From Planctomycetota bacterium (lineage in GTDB: Bacteria > Planctomycetota > GCA-002687715 > CAIWVZ01): 64,000 nucleotides of DNA. The stretch is taken from NCBI GenBank assembly GCA_044222185.1, contig JBGANV010000005.1:352001-416000 (forward strand). Reading direction: 5' to 3'. Under the pieces are notes generated by a model that was not told the DNA's origin, did not search any database, and was given only the letters and a program-made list of their open reading frames with translations. The number at the start of each line of letters is the position of its first letter. Positions within the stretch are counted from its first letter, which is position 1. The translations under genes were made by a program, and so were the position numbers. Positions 9,442-19,513 of this stretch are shown in pieces.

Positions 9442-11049
9442 ATTCACCGATCCGATCCCAATCGGCCCACGCGATCCGTCGCTGGTTGCGCGGCACTCGG
9501 GCTCCTGTGTGCTTCGCTCGCGAACGGGCAGTACCTCCAGGTGGTGAGCCAAACCGCGCCCGCTCCGACCACGAACTACGCCTTCGTCGGCAGCCTCGCC
9601 GACGTCAACGGGAACGGATCCCCCGACCTCTTCGTTCAGGCGTTCACCGCGCTCTCGATCGTCGTCGACCCGCGCACGGCGACGACAGCACAGCTCGCCG
9701 CGCCGACGCCGATCACCGCATGCGGCGAGCACGCGATCGGGAACGTCAACGGCGACCCGTTCCCGGACCTCGTCGTCGCGAGCGTCTCCGCGCTGTTCAT
9801 CCTGCTCGGTAACGGCAACGGGACCTTTCAGGTGCCGATCCAGGTCGCCACGCTCGGGAGCATCGGCCCCGTCGGCAGTTCCGGCGTGGCCGGGCCGATG
9901 GAACGGGCGCTGAACATCACGGACATCAACGGCGACGGACTCGATGACGTCGTCGTCGCGGGGGCGAGCGGGCTCGGCGCCTGGGTGAATACCGGCACGG
10001 CGTGGACGAACGTCTGGAGCTTTCCATACACGACGCTGAGTCTCTCTCCTCTCGTGATGCCCGGCCGCTACGTGCAGTTCGCGGATTGGAACGGTGATGG
10101 TCGAAAGGACCTGGCGCTCGGCATGAGCCTGCCGCCGATCCAGACGCAGATCTTCGTCTGGTACGGCGTCGCCGGCGGATTCACGACGACGCCGGCGGTC
10201 CTCGTCACGCCCGCACCAGCCACGTCGTCCGAGACGATCGGGTGCGGCGACGTCGACGGTGACGGGTTCGCCGACATCATCGTCATGACGTACGGCCCGG
10301 GAACCTTCGGGCCCGTTCTCTTCGTGCGCTACGGCTCGCCGGCCGGTCCTGGCGCGCCGGTCGCCATCCCGTCGACGTCCAGCTCGATCTACGGCGGCGA
10401 GACGGACGTCGTCGACGTGGACGCCGACGGGAACAACGACATCGTCGTGCAGGGGTTCGGGTATCCCGCGTCCGTGCTCGTGCGAAACGCCGGCAACCGC
10501 AGCCTGATCTACGCCCCGTTCGGCCCCCCGGTCGCGGCAGGCAACGCCGGGGGCGGCCTCCTGATCTTCGCCGACATGGACGGAGACGGAGATCCCGACG
10601 CCGCGTCCGTTCCGGGAATCGGCAACTACTTCACCGTCCTCGACGACACCGCGCTGCTCGCCAGCGGATGCGCGGGAGCGGGCGGGGTCCCCGTGTTTCC
10701 CATCGGATGTGCGGCGCGCGGGAACGCGAACTTCCAGCTCGGCGTGGCGAGCGCAGCCGCCAACGCCACGGCAGTTCTGGGTGTGTCGACGGCCTATGCG
10801 CCCCTCACCGGTTGCGGCGTCGGACCCGTGTTCAGCCCGGCGACCACGGTGCTCCCCACGCCGACGCTTGGTGTGTTCACCACGTCGGCCACGGGCTCCG
10901 CGAGCCTCGCCTTTGCGCTTCCGAACGTCCCCGCGATTCCGACCGTCCGGGTCTACGCGCAGTGGGCCGTCGCCGACGCATCAGGGACCTTCACGGCGGG
11001 CGCGACGAACTGGTCGCTGACGAAGGTGCGGACGATCGACGTCTTCTGA
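9442..11049 (+). CDS. Secreted FG-GAP/VCBS-repeat protein with C-terminal putative sorting module
   Basis: Repeats DVNGNGSPDL, NVNGDPFPDL, DINGDGLDDV, DWNGDGRKDL, DVDGDGFADI, DVDADGNNDI, DMDGDGDPD. The ORF track starts at GTG 9541, but the frame is open upstream through a signal peptide to ATT 9442, which follows GGAGGT. Confidence 0.8.
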   Translation: MHRSDPNRPTRSVAGCAALGLLCASLANGQYLQVVSQTAPAPTTNYAFVGSLADVNGNGSPDLFVQAFTALSIVVDPRTATTAQLAAPTPITACGEHAIGNVNGDPFPDLVVASVSALFILLGNGNGTFQVPIQVATLGSIGPVGSSGVAGPMERALNITDINGDGLDDVVVAGASGLGAWVNTGTAWTNVWSFPYTTLSLSPLVMPGRYVQFADWNGDGRKDLALGMSLPPIQTQIFVWYGVAGGFTTTPAVLVTPAPATSSETIGCGDVDGDGFADIIVMTYGPGTFGPVLFVRYGSPAGPGAPVAIPSTSSSIYGGETDVVDVDADGNNDIVVQGFGYPASVLVRNAGNRSLIYAPFGPPVAAGNAGGGLLIFADMDGDGDPDAASVPGIGNYFTVLDDTALLASGCAGAGGVPVFPIGCAARGNANFQLGVASAAANATAVLGVSTAYAPLTGCGVGPVFSPATTVLPTPTLGVFTTSATGSASLAFALPNVPAIPTVRVYAQWAVADASGTFTAGATNWSLTKVRTIDVF

Positions 11050-11111
11050 CCGACGATCCGCGCCACCGCCTCGACGGCAGCGACGCGGATCCCGGTCCCG
11101 CGATCAGCGAA

Positions 11112-14100
11112 TCACTGGCCGTTCAGCGAAAGCGTCCAGGAGTTGAGCGTTCCGACGTCCGCTGCCGCCAGGTCCTGGACCTTCAGGCTCCAGTTGCCGG
11201 TGACGCTCTTCCCGACGAACGTCGCGAGCGAGGCCGCCGGCACGGTGAGGTCCGGGAACTCGGTCTGGATGTTGTCGGTCGCCCCGCCCGTACGGTTGTG
11301 CAACAGCACGGCGGTTCCATCGGGCGCGATCAAGGTGACGACGAGGTCACCCTTGTAGGTGTGGGTGATGTTCACCTTCACCTTCACGCCCGAAACGAAG
11401 CCCGAATCGGAGTAGTTCAGGATGCTCGTGATCCCCGTGGCGTTGTTGTCGGGGATGGCCAGCGCAGGCGACGCCGACTTCTCGCCGTTGAACGAGACGT
11501 TCCACGAGTTCAACGTGCCCACGTCGGCCGCCGCCAGGTCCTGCACGCGCAGGCTCCAGCTTCCCGACGTGTTGAGGCCGTTGAACACCGACAACGCCTG
11601 GTTCGGAGTCGTGAGGATCGAGTACGTGGTCACGATGTTGTCCGTGCCGCCGCCCGTGCGGTTGTGCAGGATCGCGGAGGCTCCCGAGGGTCCCGTCAGC
11701 GTCACGACCAGATCGCCCTGGTAGGTGTGCGTGACGTTGACTGAAACCGCCACGCTCGTGATCGCCTGCGAGATCGGCACGACGATCGCACTCGTGACGC
11801 CCGTGGCGTTGTTGTCCGGGATCGCGAGCGCGGGGGACGCGGAGTACGTCTTGACCTGACTCGATCCGGCAGGCGGGCTCACGGTCAGCGACACGGCCGT
11901 CGTGCGCGTGAGGGCTCCGCCGGTTCCCGTGACGGTGATGTTGTAGGTGCCGGCAGGCGTGGCGGCGCTCGTCGTCACGGACAGCGTCGAGCTGCCGTTG
12001 GCCGCCATGGGATTCGGCGCGAAGGCGTAGGTCACGCCCGTGATCGCGGGCGACGCCGACAGCGTGATCGTCGACGCGAATCCGTTCACGGCCGTGTTGG
12101 ACACGGTGTAGGTCGTGGAACCGCCCTGCGTGACGGCGCGCGTCGCCGGGCTCGCGGCGAGCGAGAAGTCAGGCGTCGGCGCGCTGACCGTCCCGTTGGA
12201 GACGACGAGAGCGAAGTCCTGATCCGTCGTGTCGGCATTGCCCGGCACGCCGTCGCCCGCGACGTTCGTCGCGCGCACGGTCACGGAGAACGTGCCCGTG
12301 ACGCCCGCGGGCAGGAACACGAACTCGGCGTTATTGCGCGTGTCCGCGGCCCCGCCCGTGACCGAGCTGGCGCCGGAGAACACGTTGCCGCGGTACAGCG
12401 TCCCGTTGACGGTGACTTCCAGGTCGAGGTCGTTGACCCAGGCGTTGCCCGTCGTGGCCCCCGGCTTGTCCGTCCAGGTGAGACCGACGCGGAACGGCTG
12501 CGCCGACGTGGCGATCGTTCCGCTCACGGTGTACGTCTGCCCGGTCGTGCCGAACACCTGGGACTGATCCACGCGGATGTTCGACGTGCCGTTGAACGCG
12601 CGGCCGAGGTCCACGCTGCCCATGCCCTGGTTGTTCGACCAGAGCGTGTCGTTCGCGCCGACCCCGTTCTCGTAGTGCGCGGCCGTCATGAGCCACGCCT
12701 TCACCATGGCCGGGCTGGGGGTGCCGAATCCCTGGTTGATGAAGAACTGGCGAACGAGCGCCGACGCGCCCGACGTGGCCGGCGTCGAGTGACTCGTTCC
12801 GGACGACCAGGCGTAGAGCGTCTGCGCGGCCGGCCAGAACTGATTGCACACTCCCGATCCGTTGTAGGAGAGCGAACGACTGGCGGCGCCCTGGATGTGC
12901 GTGCCGGGCGCGACGATCTCGGGCTTCTTGCGCAAGTCCGCCGTGGGGCCGCGCGAGGAGAAGTTGATGATGTCGTTCGCGTTGTCGGCACCCGAGTTCG
13001 CGACGGCGCATCCGTCCGTTCCGGTCTGACGGTCGTTCTCGCTGGCGCCGACCGTGATGATGTTCTTGCCGGTCGCCGGCGGACGGACGGTGTTCGCCGC
13101 CGATCCGTCGTTGCCCGCGGCGAAGACGACGGTCATCTCCTGGTTGCCGGCCGTTCCCGCGACGGCGTCGCGCACGATCGTGTCGTGCTCCTGGGCATCG
13201 ACGTTGTAGTTGTTGCCGGAGATGAAGCCCCACGAGTTGCTGCTGATGCGCGCCCCGGCGTTGTACGCCGCGGTCAGCCGCGCCGTGGCCGACTGTGTGA
13301 ACTGGCTCCCGGTGCCGTTGGAGAACACCTTGGAGTTGCCGAGCTGGACGAAGGGGCAGAGTCCCAGCCCGTAGTTGTATCCGCTCGCGTCCTCCGCCGC
13401 GGCGCCCGTCAGGCTGTTGTATCCGCCGACGATCGACGCGTTCAGATTGCCGTGGCCCCCGCCGCCGTCGGCGAGTGCGTCACTGGTGTAGTTGTTGTTG
13501 TAGACGATGCGACCGGCGCCCGCGGCCGTTCCACCCACGCGGAACTCCACGTTGATGTCGGTCGTCGAACCGCGATCGATGCCGTCGTCCGTCACGTCGA
13601 CGACGAAGCCGAACTGCCCGGTCTGGCTGAATCCCTTGGATGCGAGCCACGCCAGGTATCCCGGAGCCGAGGGACTCGCCCCCGTCGCAGTCACGTTGCC
13701 GGCCATGATCTGTCCCTGGCGCTCGTCGAAGCGACGCTCGGCGTACTTCCGCTCGATGGCGAAGACGGACGGGTGCGCGGCGAGGTACGGAAGGATCCCG
13801 TTGGGAACGTGCATGTGCAGGTTCAGGTAGTTCAGCACGAGGCTCGACGGGCGGATCTCGCGATACCCCGCATCCACGAGGCCCATGACGACCGGGACGG
13901 CTTCCTCGTCCGCGATGAACTGGATCGTGACGTCCGACTCGCCGGCGCCGTTGGCGGCGTCGTCGCGGAGGTCCGGTGCAATCTTGAACACGGGCTCATA
14001 GGTCCCCGTCCAGCCCACGAAGTCGCGGGCCGAGAGGTCGTCGAACGCCGCCTGCGACGACGGCGGGACGGCGACGACGTACGTGTTCTGCGGCACGTAG

Positions 14101-14597
14101 GCGATGATCGTCACGCCGGTGGCGGAGAGTTCGTCGAGCCACTGGTCCTTCACGGGTCCGATGAATTGCACGAGGCGGAGTTCGCGTCCCGTTTCGGCAG
14201 CGACGGCGACGCCGCCCTGGCGCAGGATCGCCGGCACGCCGGCGAGCTGAGTCGACACGCTTCGGCCGCCGCGCGTCCCGATCGGCAGACCGTTGAAGCC
14301 GATCACTCCCTGTTCGTCACGGACCTCGACGCCGAGCGCCCGCAGCGCCTCGGTCCCACCGAGGGCCGTGCTGTCGACGAGCACGGCAGCGAACGATCCG
14401 TAGTCCTCGATGTGCCTGACGACGCCGCGTGAGATCAGCACGTCGAGGGCCCGGTCTCCGTTTCGGACGAACACGCTATCGATGCGCGAACTCGCGTCGC
14501 CCCGACCGTCGCGCGCGATCTGCGCCCAACCGGAAGTCGACGTCACGAGAACCACGGCCAGAAGGAACGACAGGACGGAACCTCGGCGTACGTGCAT
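11112..14597 (-). CDS. Secreted S8 subtilisin-like serine protease (Kp43-like) with two C-terminal proprotein-convertase P-domains
   Basis: Catalytic motifs VTDDGID, GHGNLNAS, FAAGNDG and SGTSHSTP; propeptide; C-terminal AIPDNN...THTY.GDL...W.L.VQD x2. Start ATG 14597 after GGAG, followed by a signal peptide. Confidence 0.92.
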   Translation of the reverse strand: MHVRRGSVLSFLLAVVLVTSTSGWAQIARDGRGDASSRIDSVFVRNGDRALDVLISRGVVRHIEDYGSFAAVLVDSTALGGTEALRALGVEVRDEQGVIGFNGLPIGTRGGRSVSTQLAGVPAILRQGGVAVAAETGRELRLVQFIGPVKDQWLDELSATGVTIIAYVPQNTYVVAVPPSSQAAFDDLSARDFVGWTGTYEPVFKIAPDLRDDAANGAGESDVTIQFIADEEAVPVVMGLVDAGYREIRPSSLVLNYLNLHMHVPNGILPYLAAHPSVFAIERKYAERRFDERQGQIMAGNVTATGASPSAPGYLAWLASKGFSQTGQFGFVVDVTDDGIDRGSTTDINVEFRVGGTAAGAGRIVYNNNYTSDALADGGGGHGNLNASIVGGYNSLTGAAAEDASGYNYGLGLCPFVQLGNSKVFSNGTGSQFTQSATARLTAAYNAGARISSNSWGFISGNNYNVDAQEHDTIVRDAVAGTAGNQEMTVVFAAGNDGSAANTVRPPATGKNIITVGASENDRQTGTDGCAVANSGADNANDIINFSSRGPTADLRKKPEIVAPGTHIQGAASRSLSYNGSGVCNQFWPAAQTLYAWSSGTSHSTPATSGASALVRQFFINQGFGTPSPAMVKAWLMTAAHYENGVGANDTLWSNNQGMGSVDLGRAFNGTSNIRVDQSQVFGTTGQTYTVSGTIATSAQPFRVGLTWTDKPGATTGNAWVNDLDLEVTVNGTLYRGNVFSGASSVTGGAADTRNNAEFVFLPAGVTGTFSVTVRATNVAGDGVPGNADTTDQDFALVVSNGTVSAPTPDFSLAASPATRAVTQGGSTTYTVSNTAVNGFASTITLSASPAITGVTYAFAPNPMAANGSSTLSVTTSAATPAGTYNITVTGTGGALTRTTAVSLTVSPPAGSSQVKTYSASPALAIPDNNATGVTSAIVVPISQAITSVAVSVNVTHTYQGDLVVTLTGPSGASAILHNRTGGGTDNIVTTYSILTTPNQALSVFNGLNTSGSWSLRVQDLAAADVGTLNSWNVSFNGEKSASPALAIPDNNATGITSILNYSDSGFVSGVKVKVNITHTYKGDLVVTLIAPDGTAVLLHNRTGGATDNIQTEFPDLTVPAASLATFVGKSVTGNWSLKVQDLAAADVGTLNSWTLSLNGQ

Positions 14598-14740
14598 GGA
14601 TTCTTTCTCCTGGTGCTTCACTTCACGCTTCACTCGCGCGGCATACGGGGGACCGTCGCGGCGCGGCGGAGAGCGTAGGCGCGCCCCGCGGGAAACGTCA
14701 ACAGTGGAGAAGCGTCGCGTGCGTCGCCGAAGTGACGCGA

Positions 14741-17700
14741 CTATCTGCCGAGCAGGAGCGGCGTGAAGTAGCGGTAGTAGACCTCGAGGCTCAGGACGCA
14801 CATCGCGGTCGTGTACGCCCGGTTGCTCCGCGTGTCGCCGGCGAGACGCGCGTACTCGTCGATGGGCTCGAAGGATCCGTCATCCGACTGCCCTCGAGGG
14901 AGGACCTGCTTCAGGGCTGCATTCCACCGCGTCCAGGTGTCGCCTCCCGCCATGAAACACGCGAGGCTGCCGTAGTACCAGAAGTACACGTTTCCTGCCG
15001 CCATGCGGACGAACTCGTCCGAGCTGAACCGGCGGTAGTCGGTGGGACGACGCTCGAGCGTGAACTCGAGTCCCGCCGTGAGCCGGCCGTCGTCCTTCGG
15101 CGTCCCGAGGAGGAGCAGCGCGAACACGGCGGCTGGCGTGGACGCGGGCAACGTGCGCCAGTTCGATGCGAGCCGGCTGGGTTCCCGGTTGTACAGGAAG
15201 CAGCCGGTTTGAGCGTCGTACTCCTGGAGGAGGAACGACTTGGCGAGCGGCAGCACGTCGTCGCGCACGCGGAATCCGGAGAGCTTCGCCGACTCCAAGG
15301 CCATGACCTGCCACGCGCTGATGGAGGTTCTCGCGAACCCATCCTCCGGCGAGAGGCTGGCGGAGAAGTATCCCCACCCGCCCTTGCTGCGCTTGTCGCG
15401 GGAACGGTTCTGCTGAGAGACGATCCAATCGACCGCGCGCTGGACCGGCTCCTTCAGGCGAGCGTCCTTCGTCAACCCGAAGCATTCGGCGAGTGCGTAG
15501 GTGCTGATGCCGTGGCTGTACGAGGAGGTCTCACCGAAATGCCCGCTCTCCTGATCCTGGATCTTCAGGAGGTAGTTCACTGCCCGCGTCGTGTTGCCGG
15601 CGTAGGGGCCATCTCCTCCGGGAGCGTGGCCCGCACCGAGGAACGCGAGCAGACACAGGCCGGTCTTCCCCACCGTCACGTGTCCGTACTTGGGATCGAC
15701 GGTGCGCGGATCGCCCCATGACCCGTCCTTGTTTTGGATGCGCGCGAGGTACGCGAGGCCCTTGGCGACCGCCGCCTCGGTCTCGCGGGTGCCGCCGAAC
15801 TTCTCGAGCGCTTCGACCTTCCCTGGTCCGAAGCGGTTCTGGAAGACGGTTCCTCCGAGAGCGATCGCCGGCATGGCCGGGGCCCCGCGGGAAGCCCGGG
15901 GCGCCGGCTCCACGAGCGAGCCCGGCAGCGTCACCGAAGCCGCAAGCCCGCCATCGCCACGATCGTCCGTCGGCGCCGCGGTGCGACCGGGCTTCGACAC
16001 CGCGGCTGACGCCGGTCCGCCGAACCCGGGAAGGTCGAGCGGGCGCAGCGCCCCGGCCCCCCCGGTCGACCCCATCGTGCCTGACGCGTCGCGTCCCGGA
16101 CGGTGAGCTCGACCCGTCGCGACGATGGCGTCGCGCAATGGCATGTCCGACGGGCCCGGCAGCGAGCGCGCCGCGAACCTCGCGCCGCCCATGGACGGCA
16201 CGTCCACGGCCGAAGCGAGATGGGCGCCGCCGCGCTCCAGCGCCGAGCCCGGCACGACGACGCTCGCCGGCCGCTCGCCGGAGGTGCCGAGGTCGGACGT
16301 CTGGCGTCGCGCGGCCCCCGCGAGCACCGGCTGCCCCGTCGGGCCGTGACCGCCCGCATCCACCGAGGGCTTGAGCGGCGCAGGTCCGGCGTCGTGTCCA
16401 CCGCGAGTGCCTCCCGCCTCCTTCGCGACGGCCGCGATCCCGTCGGCGACACCGGCAGTTGGCGCGTGAACCCCGCGAGCGACGAGCGGTGTCCCGTTCA
16501 TGGACGGGAGCTCGGGAGCCGCACGGCCCGAGCTCCGGCCACTCTCGACCGCCGAACCCGGCATCGCGACGCCGATCGTCCGGTCCCCGTCGCCGGCACC
16601 GGCCGGTGGCGCTGGCCGCGTCGCCTTCGCCGCGAGTGGTTGCCCCGACGGGCCAGCCGCACCCGCGGTGCTCGAGGGCGCGATGGGAGCAGCGTCGCCG
16701 TCGTGACCGGACCGGCTCGCGATCGCCGACGAGTCCTTCGACGGAGCATCCGACACGCCGGCCTGCGGCGCCGTCATCGCACCGGCCGCGAGCGGTGCTC
16801 CGGAATCCGGCGCGGGAACCGCCGCGCTCCCGACGCGCGCGCCGGAAGCCCCCGACGGCCCCGTCCCGCCGACCGCGCTCCCGGGAACGTTGACGACGAT
16901 CCGCTCGTCGACGGCCGCGGTCGTCCGCCCCGTCGCGGTCACGGACTGGTCCTGTGCGGGCGCAGGCAGGGGCGATGCGGCGACCTCCGTCTGCGTGACG
17001 TCGTGCCCGGACTTCACGTCGGGGGACGGCGCGGCGTCCTTCAGGTCGTTCGTCAGCTCCGCCTTGGCGACGGCGGCGTTCTCCGCGGGCGCGGCGGTCG
17101 TGGGCAGATCGGGTGTGGCCCGATCACCGCTGGTCCGATCGACCATCACGACTTCCGAGCCGGGCGCGACCGCGGTCGGTGCGTCCGCGTGACCCGAGAA
17201 CTGGAGTTCGCGTGCCATTGCGGCGGCGGAATCACCCGCCGCCCCCCCGCTCGAAGGCGAGCCGCCCGAGGCCGACGACACGAGGTCCACCTCGAGTCCA
17301 CCCACGTAGGGCGCGACGGGTTTCAGCGTCGTGACGAGCTGCACGTCGCGCAACAGCCACAGGACGAGGAGATGCACGAGAAGCGAGAGAATCACGCACC
17401 ACGTGATGAAGTCGAGCGTGCGGAACCGCTTGCCAAGCTGGAGGAGCAAGAGGATCAGCACCGCCGCGATCATGGCGAGGATCAGAAGCCGCTCGAGATC
17501 GCGCTGACCTTCCCACCACGGATACACTTCGTGCGCGGAGGCCCGGTAGACGAGGGCCGGGTCGGTGGGCTTCACCAGCATCAGTCCGAAGCCCTTGTCG
17601 ACGGACACGGGCCCGCGGGCCTCGCCGCCGAGTGCGAGCTCGGGCATGGCAAAGGGCTCGACGAACTGGCCGGCATGCCGCCACGTCCGCATCACGACGG

Positions 17701-18430
17701 GCTTCTCGCCGAGCGTGTGCCGGACGAACCACAGGCCCGTCCCGTCGGGCGCGAGCCACGGATCGCGATCGATCCACAGCTCGTTCGGCTTGTCGATCTC
17801 GAAGACCGGCCGTTGCCCACCGGCCGCGTCGACGAGGATGAGCCTGCCATTTTGACCGCGGTTGGCGTTCGGATCGCGTCGCACGAAGACCCAACCGCCG
17901 TCCGGATCCGCGCAGGCGTCCGTCTCGTCCAGCTCCGTGTTGATCCCGTCCGGCAAGCGGTGAACGTCCGTCACGCGCAGCCCCACGAGGCGCGCCGACC
18001 ACAAGTCGAATCCGCCGGCGCCGCCATCGCGATCCGACGCGAAGACGATGCCACCATCGGGCGCGAGCGCGGGGGAAAGGTCGTGGCCAGGTGCGTTCAG
18101 CCCCGGTGGCGCGATGGCGCCCATGTCCCGGTGCGCGGGGTCGAACACCACGAGGTCGGTGCTGCCATCGGCGAGCCGGCGAGCATAGAGATAGCGACCA
18201 TCCGGCAGCGGTTGGACGCGTCCCTCGACGGGCCCCGGCAACTCCGTCTCGGGGCGCGGTCGGTCCCACACGAGCTGTGTCGCGGCGACGAGCTCGGTCG
18301 CGGCGATCGGCGATCGTCCGTCGGTGTAGTAGAGCGGCCGACCCGTTCGGAGGAACACGTAGCCCGCGAGCGCCGCGACGAACACGGCGATCGCACCACG
18401 CATCATCCAGCGACGAGTCTGCGTCGTCAC
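14741..18430 (-). CDS. Membrane protein: PD40/TolB-like propeller + SxxxH TM helix + Pro/Ala/Gly-rich repeat linker + prenyltransferase/squalene-cyclase-like (alpha/alpha)6 barrel
   Basis: PD40 motifs (HDLSPALAPDGGIVFASDRDGGAGGFDLW); TM helix FITWCVILSLLVHLLVLWLL; QW-type repeats (LAYLARIQNKDGSWG, QQNRSRDKRSKGGWGY, GQSDDGSF, TTAMCVLSLEVYYRY). GTG start overlaps the exbD stop (GTGA). Confidence 0.85.
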   Translation of the reverse strand: MTTQTRRWMMRGAIAVFVAALAGYVFLRTGRPLYYTDGRSPIAATELVAATQLVWDRPRPETELPGPVEGRVQPLPDGRYLYARRLADGSTDLVVFDPAHRDMGAIAPPGLNAPGHDLSPALAPDGGIVFASDRDGGAGGFDLWSARLVGLRVTDVHRLPDGINTELDETDACADPDGGWVFVRRDPNANRGQNGRLILVDAAGGQRPVFEIDKPNELWIDRDPWLAPDGTGLWFVRHTLGEKPVVMRTWRHAGQFVEPFAMPELALGGEARGPVSVDKGFGLMLVKPTDPALVYRASAHEVYPWWEGQRDLERLLILAMIAAVLILLLLQLGKRFRTLDFITWCVILSLLVHLLVLWLLRDVQLVTTLKPVAPYVGGLEVDLVSSASGGSPSSGGAAGDSAAAMARELQFSGHADAPTAVAPGSEVVMVDRTSGDRATPDLPTTAAPAENAAVAKAELTNDLKDAAPSPDVKSGHDVTQTEVAASPLPAPAQDQSVTATGRTTAAVDERIVVNVPGSAVGGTGPSGASGARVGSAAVPAPDSGAPLAAGAMTAPQAGVSDAPSKDSSAIASRSGHDGDAAPIAPSSTAGAAGPSGQPLAAKATRPAPPAGAGDGDRTIGVAMPGSAVESGRSSGRAAPELPSMNGTPLVARGVHAPTAGVADGIAAVAKEAGGTRGGHDAGPAPLKPSVDAGGHGPTGQPVLAGAARRQTSDLGTSGERPASVVVPGSALERGGAHLASAVDVPSMGGARFAARSLPGPSDMPLRDAIVATGRAHRPGRDASGTMGSTGGAGALRPLDLPGFGGPASAAVSKPGRTAAPTDDRGDGGLAASVTLPGSLVEPAPRASRGAPAMPAIALGGTVFQNRFGPGKVEALEKFGGTRETEAAVAKGLAYLARIQNKDGSWGDPRTVDPKYGHVTVGKTGLCLLAFLGAGHAPGGDGPYAGNTTRAVNYLLKIQDQESGHFGETSSYSHGISTYALAECFGLTKDARLKEPVQRAVDWIVSQQNRSRDKRSKGGWGYFSASLSPEDGFARTSISAWQVMALESAKLSGFRVRDDVLPLAKSFLLQEYDAQTGCFLYNREPSRLASNWRTLPASTPAAVFALLLLGTPKDDGRLTAGLEFTLERRPTDYRRFSSDEFVRMAAGNVYFWYYGSLACFMAGGDTWTRWNAALKQVLPRGQSDDGSFEPIDEYARLAGDTRSNRAYTTAMCVLSLEVYYRYFTPLLLGR

Positions 18431-18849
18431 CGAGGTTGTCCCTCACCGTCCGGTTGAGCCGCGATCGAGACCTTGCGGAGCGATGCACCCAGGCACGCGT
18501 CGAACGCCTTGGCGACGACGCCGAACTGCGCCGACGTGTCGCCGCGGATGAGGACCTCCTGGTCCTTGTTCCGCTGGGCGGCGGACTTCAGTTTCTGGTG
18601 CAACGCCTCGACCGTCACGACGCGGCCGTCGACGTGGAGCGCCCCATCCCGCGTCACGTTGATGACGAGGAGGTGGGCATCCTTGCCCGCCTTGCCGTTG
18701 CGAGCCTCGGGCAGCGTGAGTCCCATCTCGACCTGCTCGACGGCGAACGTAGTCGACGCCAGGAAGAAGATCAGGAGGAGGAACACCATGTCGATCATCG
18801 GCGTGAGGTTGATCGTCGCCTCTTCCTCCTCGCCGCGGTCAAGACGCAT
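18427..18849 (-). CDS. exbD: ExbD/TolR family biopolymer transport protein
   Basis: INLTPMIDMVFLLLIFF with the conserved TM Asp; periplasmic VLIRGD...V...D motif. Confidence 0.93.
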   Translation of the reverse strand: MRLDRGEEEEATINLTPMIDMVFLLLIFFLASTTFAVEQVEMGLTLPEARNGKAGKDAHLLVINVTRDGALHVDGRVVTVEALHQKLKSAAQRNKDQEVLIRGDTSAQFGVVAKAFDACLGASLRKVSIAAQPDGEGQPR

Positions 18850-19513
18850 GGGTCACCGTCGCCGGGCGGAACGCGATGCGGTCGACGACCGGGCTCAGCT
18901 TCTCCTCCACGAGCGTCACCAGGCGGCGCACACGACTCGTGAGGTGTGCCGAGAGGACGACGACGGGAATGGCCACGAGCAACCCGCCGATCGTCGTGAT
19001 CAGCGCAACCTCGATCCCGTGCGCGAGCTGCTCCGGCTTGCCCATGCCTACCTTGGCCACCACGCTGAACGCCTCGTGGATTCCGACGACGGTCCCGAAC
19101 AGTCCGAGCAGCGGAGCCAGATTGGCGATGATGTTGAGGGGCCGGATGTTGCCTCGAAGGCGTTCCAGTTCCTTCGAAGCCTGATCCTGCATGGCGGTTT
19201 CGATCTCCTGCGTCGTGAAGCCCGCGCGACGCAGGCCGGCGGCGAGGATCCGCGACGCCGGGGCGTCGACCTTCTTGCAGGCGTCCAGGGCCGCCGCCAC
19301 GTCGCCGCGTTCGGCGGTGGCGATCACTTCGTCCAGGGCCCTGGGGCAGACGCGACCCCGCGACAGCTTCGCATACCGTTCGGCCGCGAACGCCAGCGCA
19401 ATGACCGAGCAGATCCCGATGGGGACCATGATCGGGCCGCCGGAGGCGAGGAAGTCCCAGGCGCTCTGCAGCGTCGCCACTTCGTTCATGTTGAGGAGCG
19501 GGAACATCGTCAT
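18839..19513 (-). CDS. exbB: MotA/TolQ/ExbB proton channel family protein
   Basis: GGPIM.PI, APLLGLFGTVVGI and GIEVALITTIGGLLVAIP. ATG 19513 overlaps the stop of the upstream TPR gene (TGATG). Confidence 0.92.
   Translation of the reverse strand: MTMFPLLNMNEVATLQSAWDFLASGGPIMVPIGICSVIALAFAAERYAKLSRGRVCPRALDEVIATAERGDVAAALDACKKVDAPASRILAAGLRRAGFTTQEIETAMQDQASKELERLRGNIRPLNIIANLAPLLGLFGTVVGIHEAFSVVAKVGMGKPEQLAHGIEVALITTIGGLLVAIPVVVLSAHLTSRVRRLVTLVEEKLSPVVDRIAFRPATVTHAS

Noticed and set aside
12780-13460. S8 protease as catalytically dead because of HGNLNA and GTSHS instead of HGTHVA and GTSMA
   Set aside because: The Asp, His, oxyanion Asn and Ser are all present; only flanking residues vary.
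14741-15850. C-terminal barrel as a true squalene-hopene cyclase or alpha-2-macroglobulin thioester domain
   Set aside because: It is a single barrel with no DxDD catalytic motif and no CxEQ thioester motif, so only the fold is supported.
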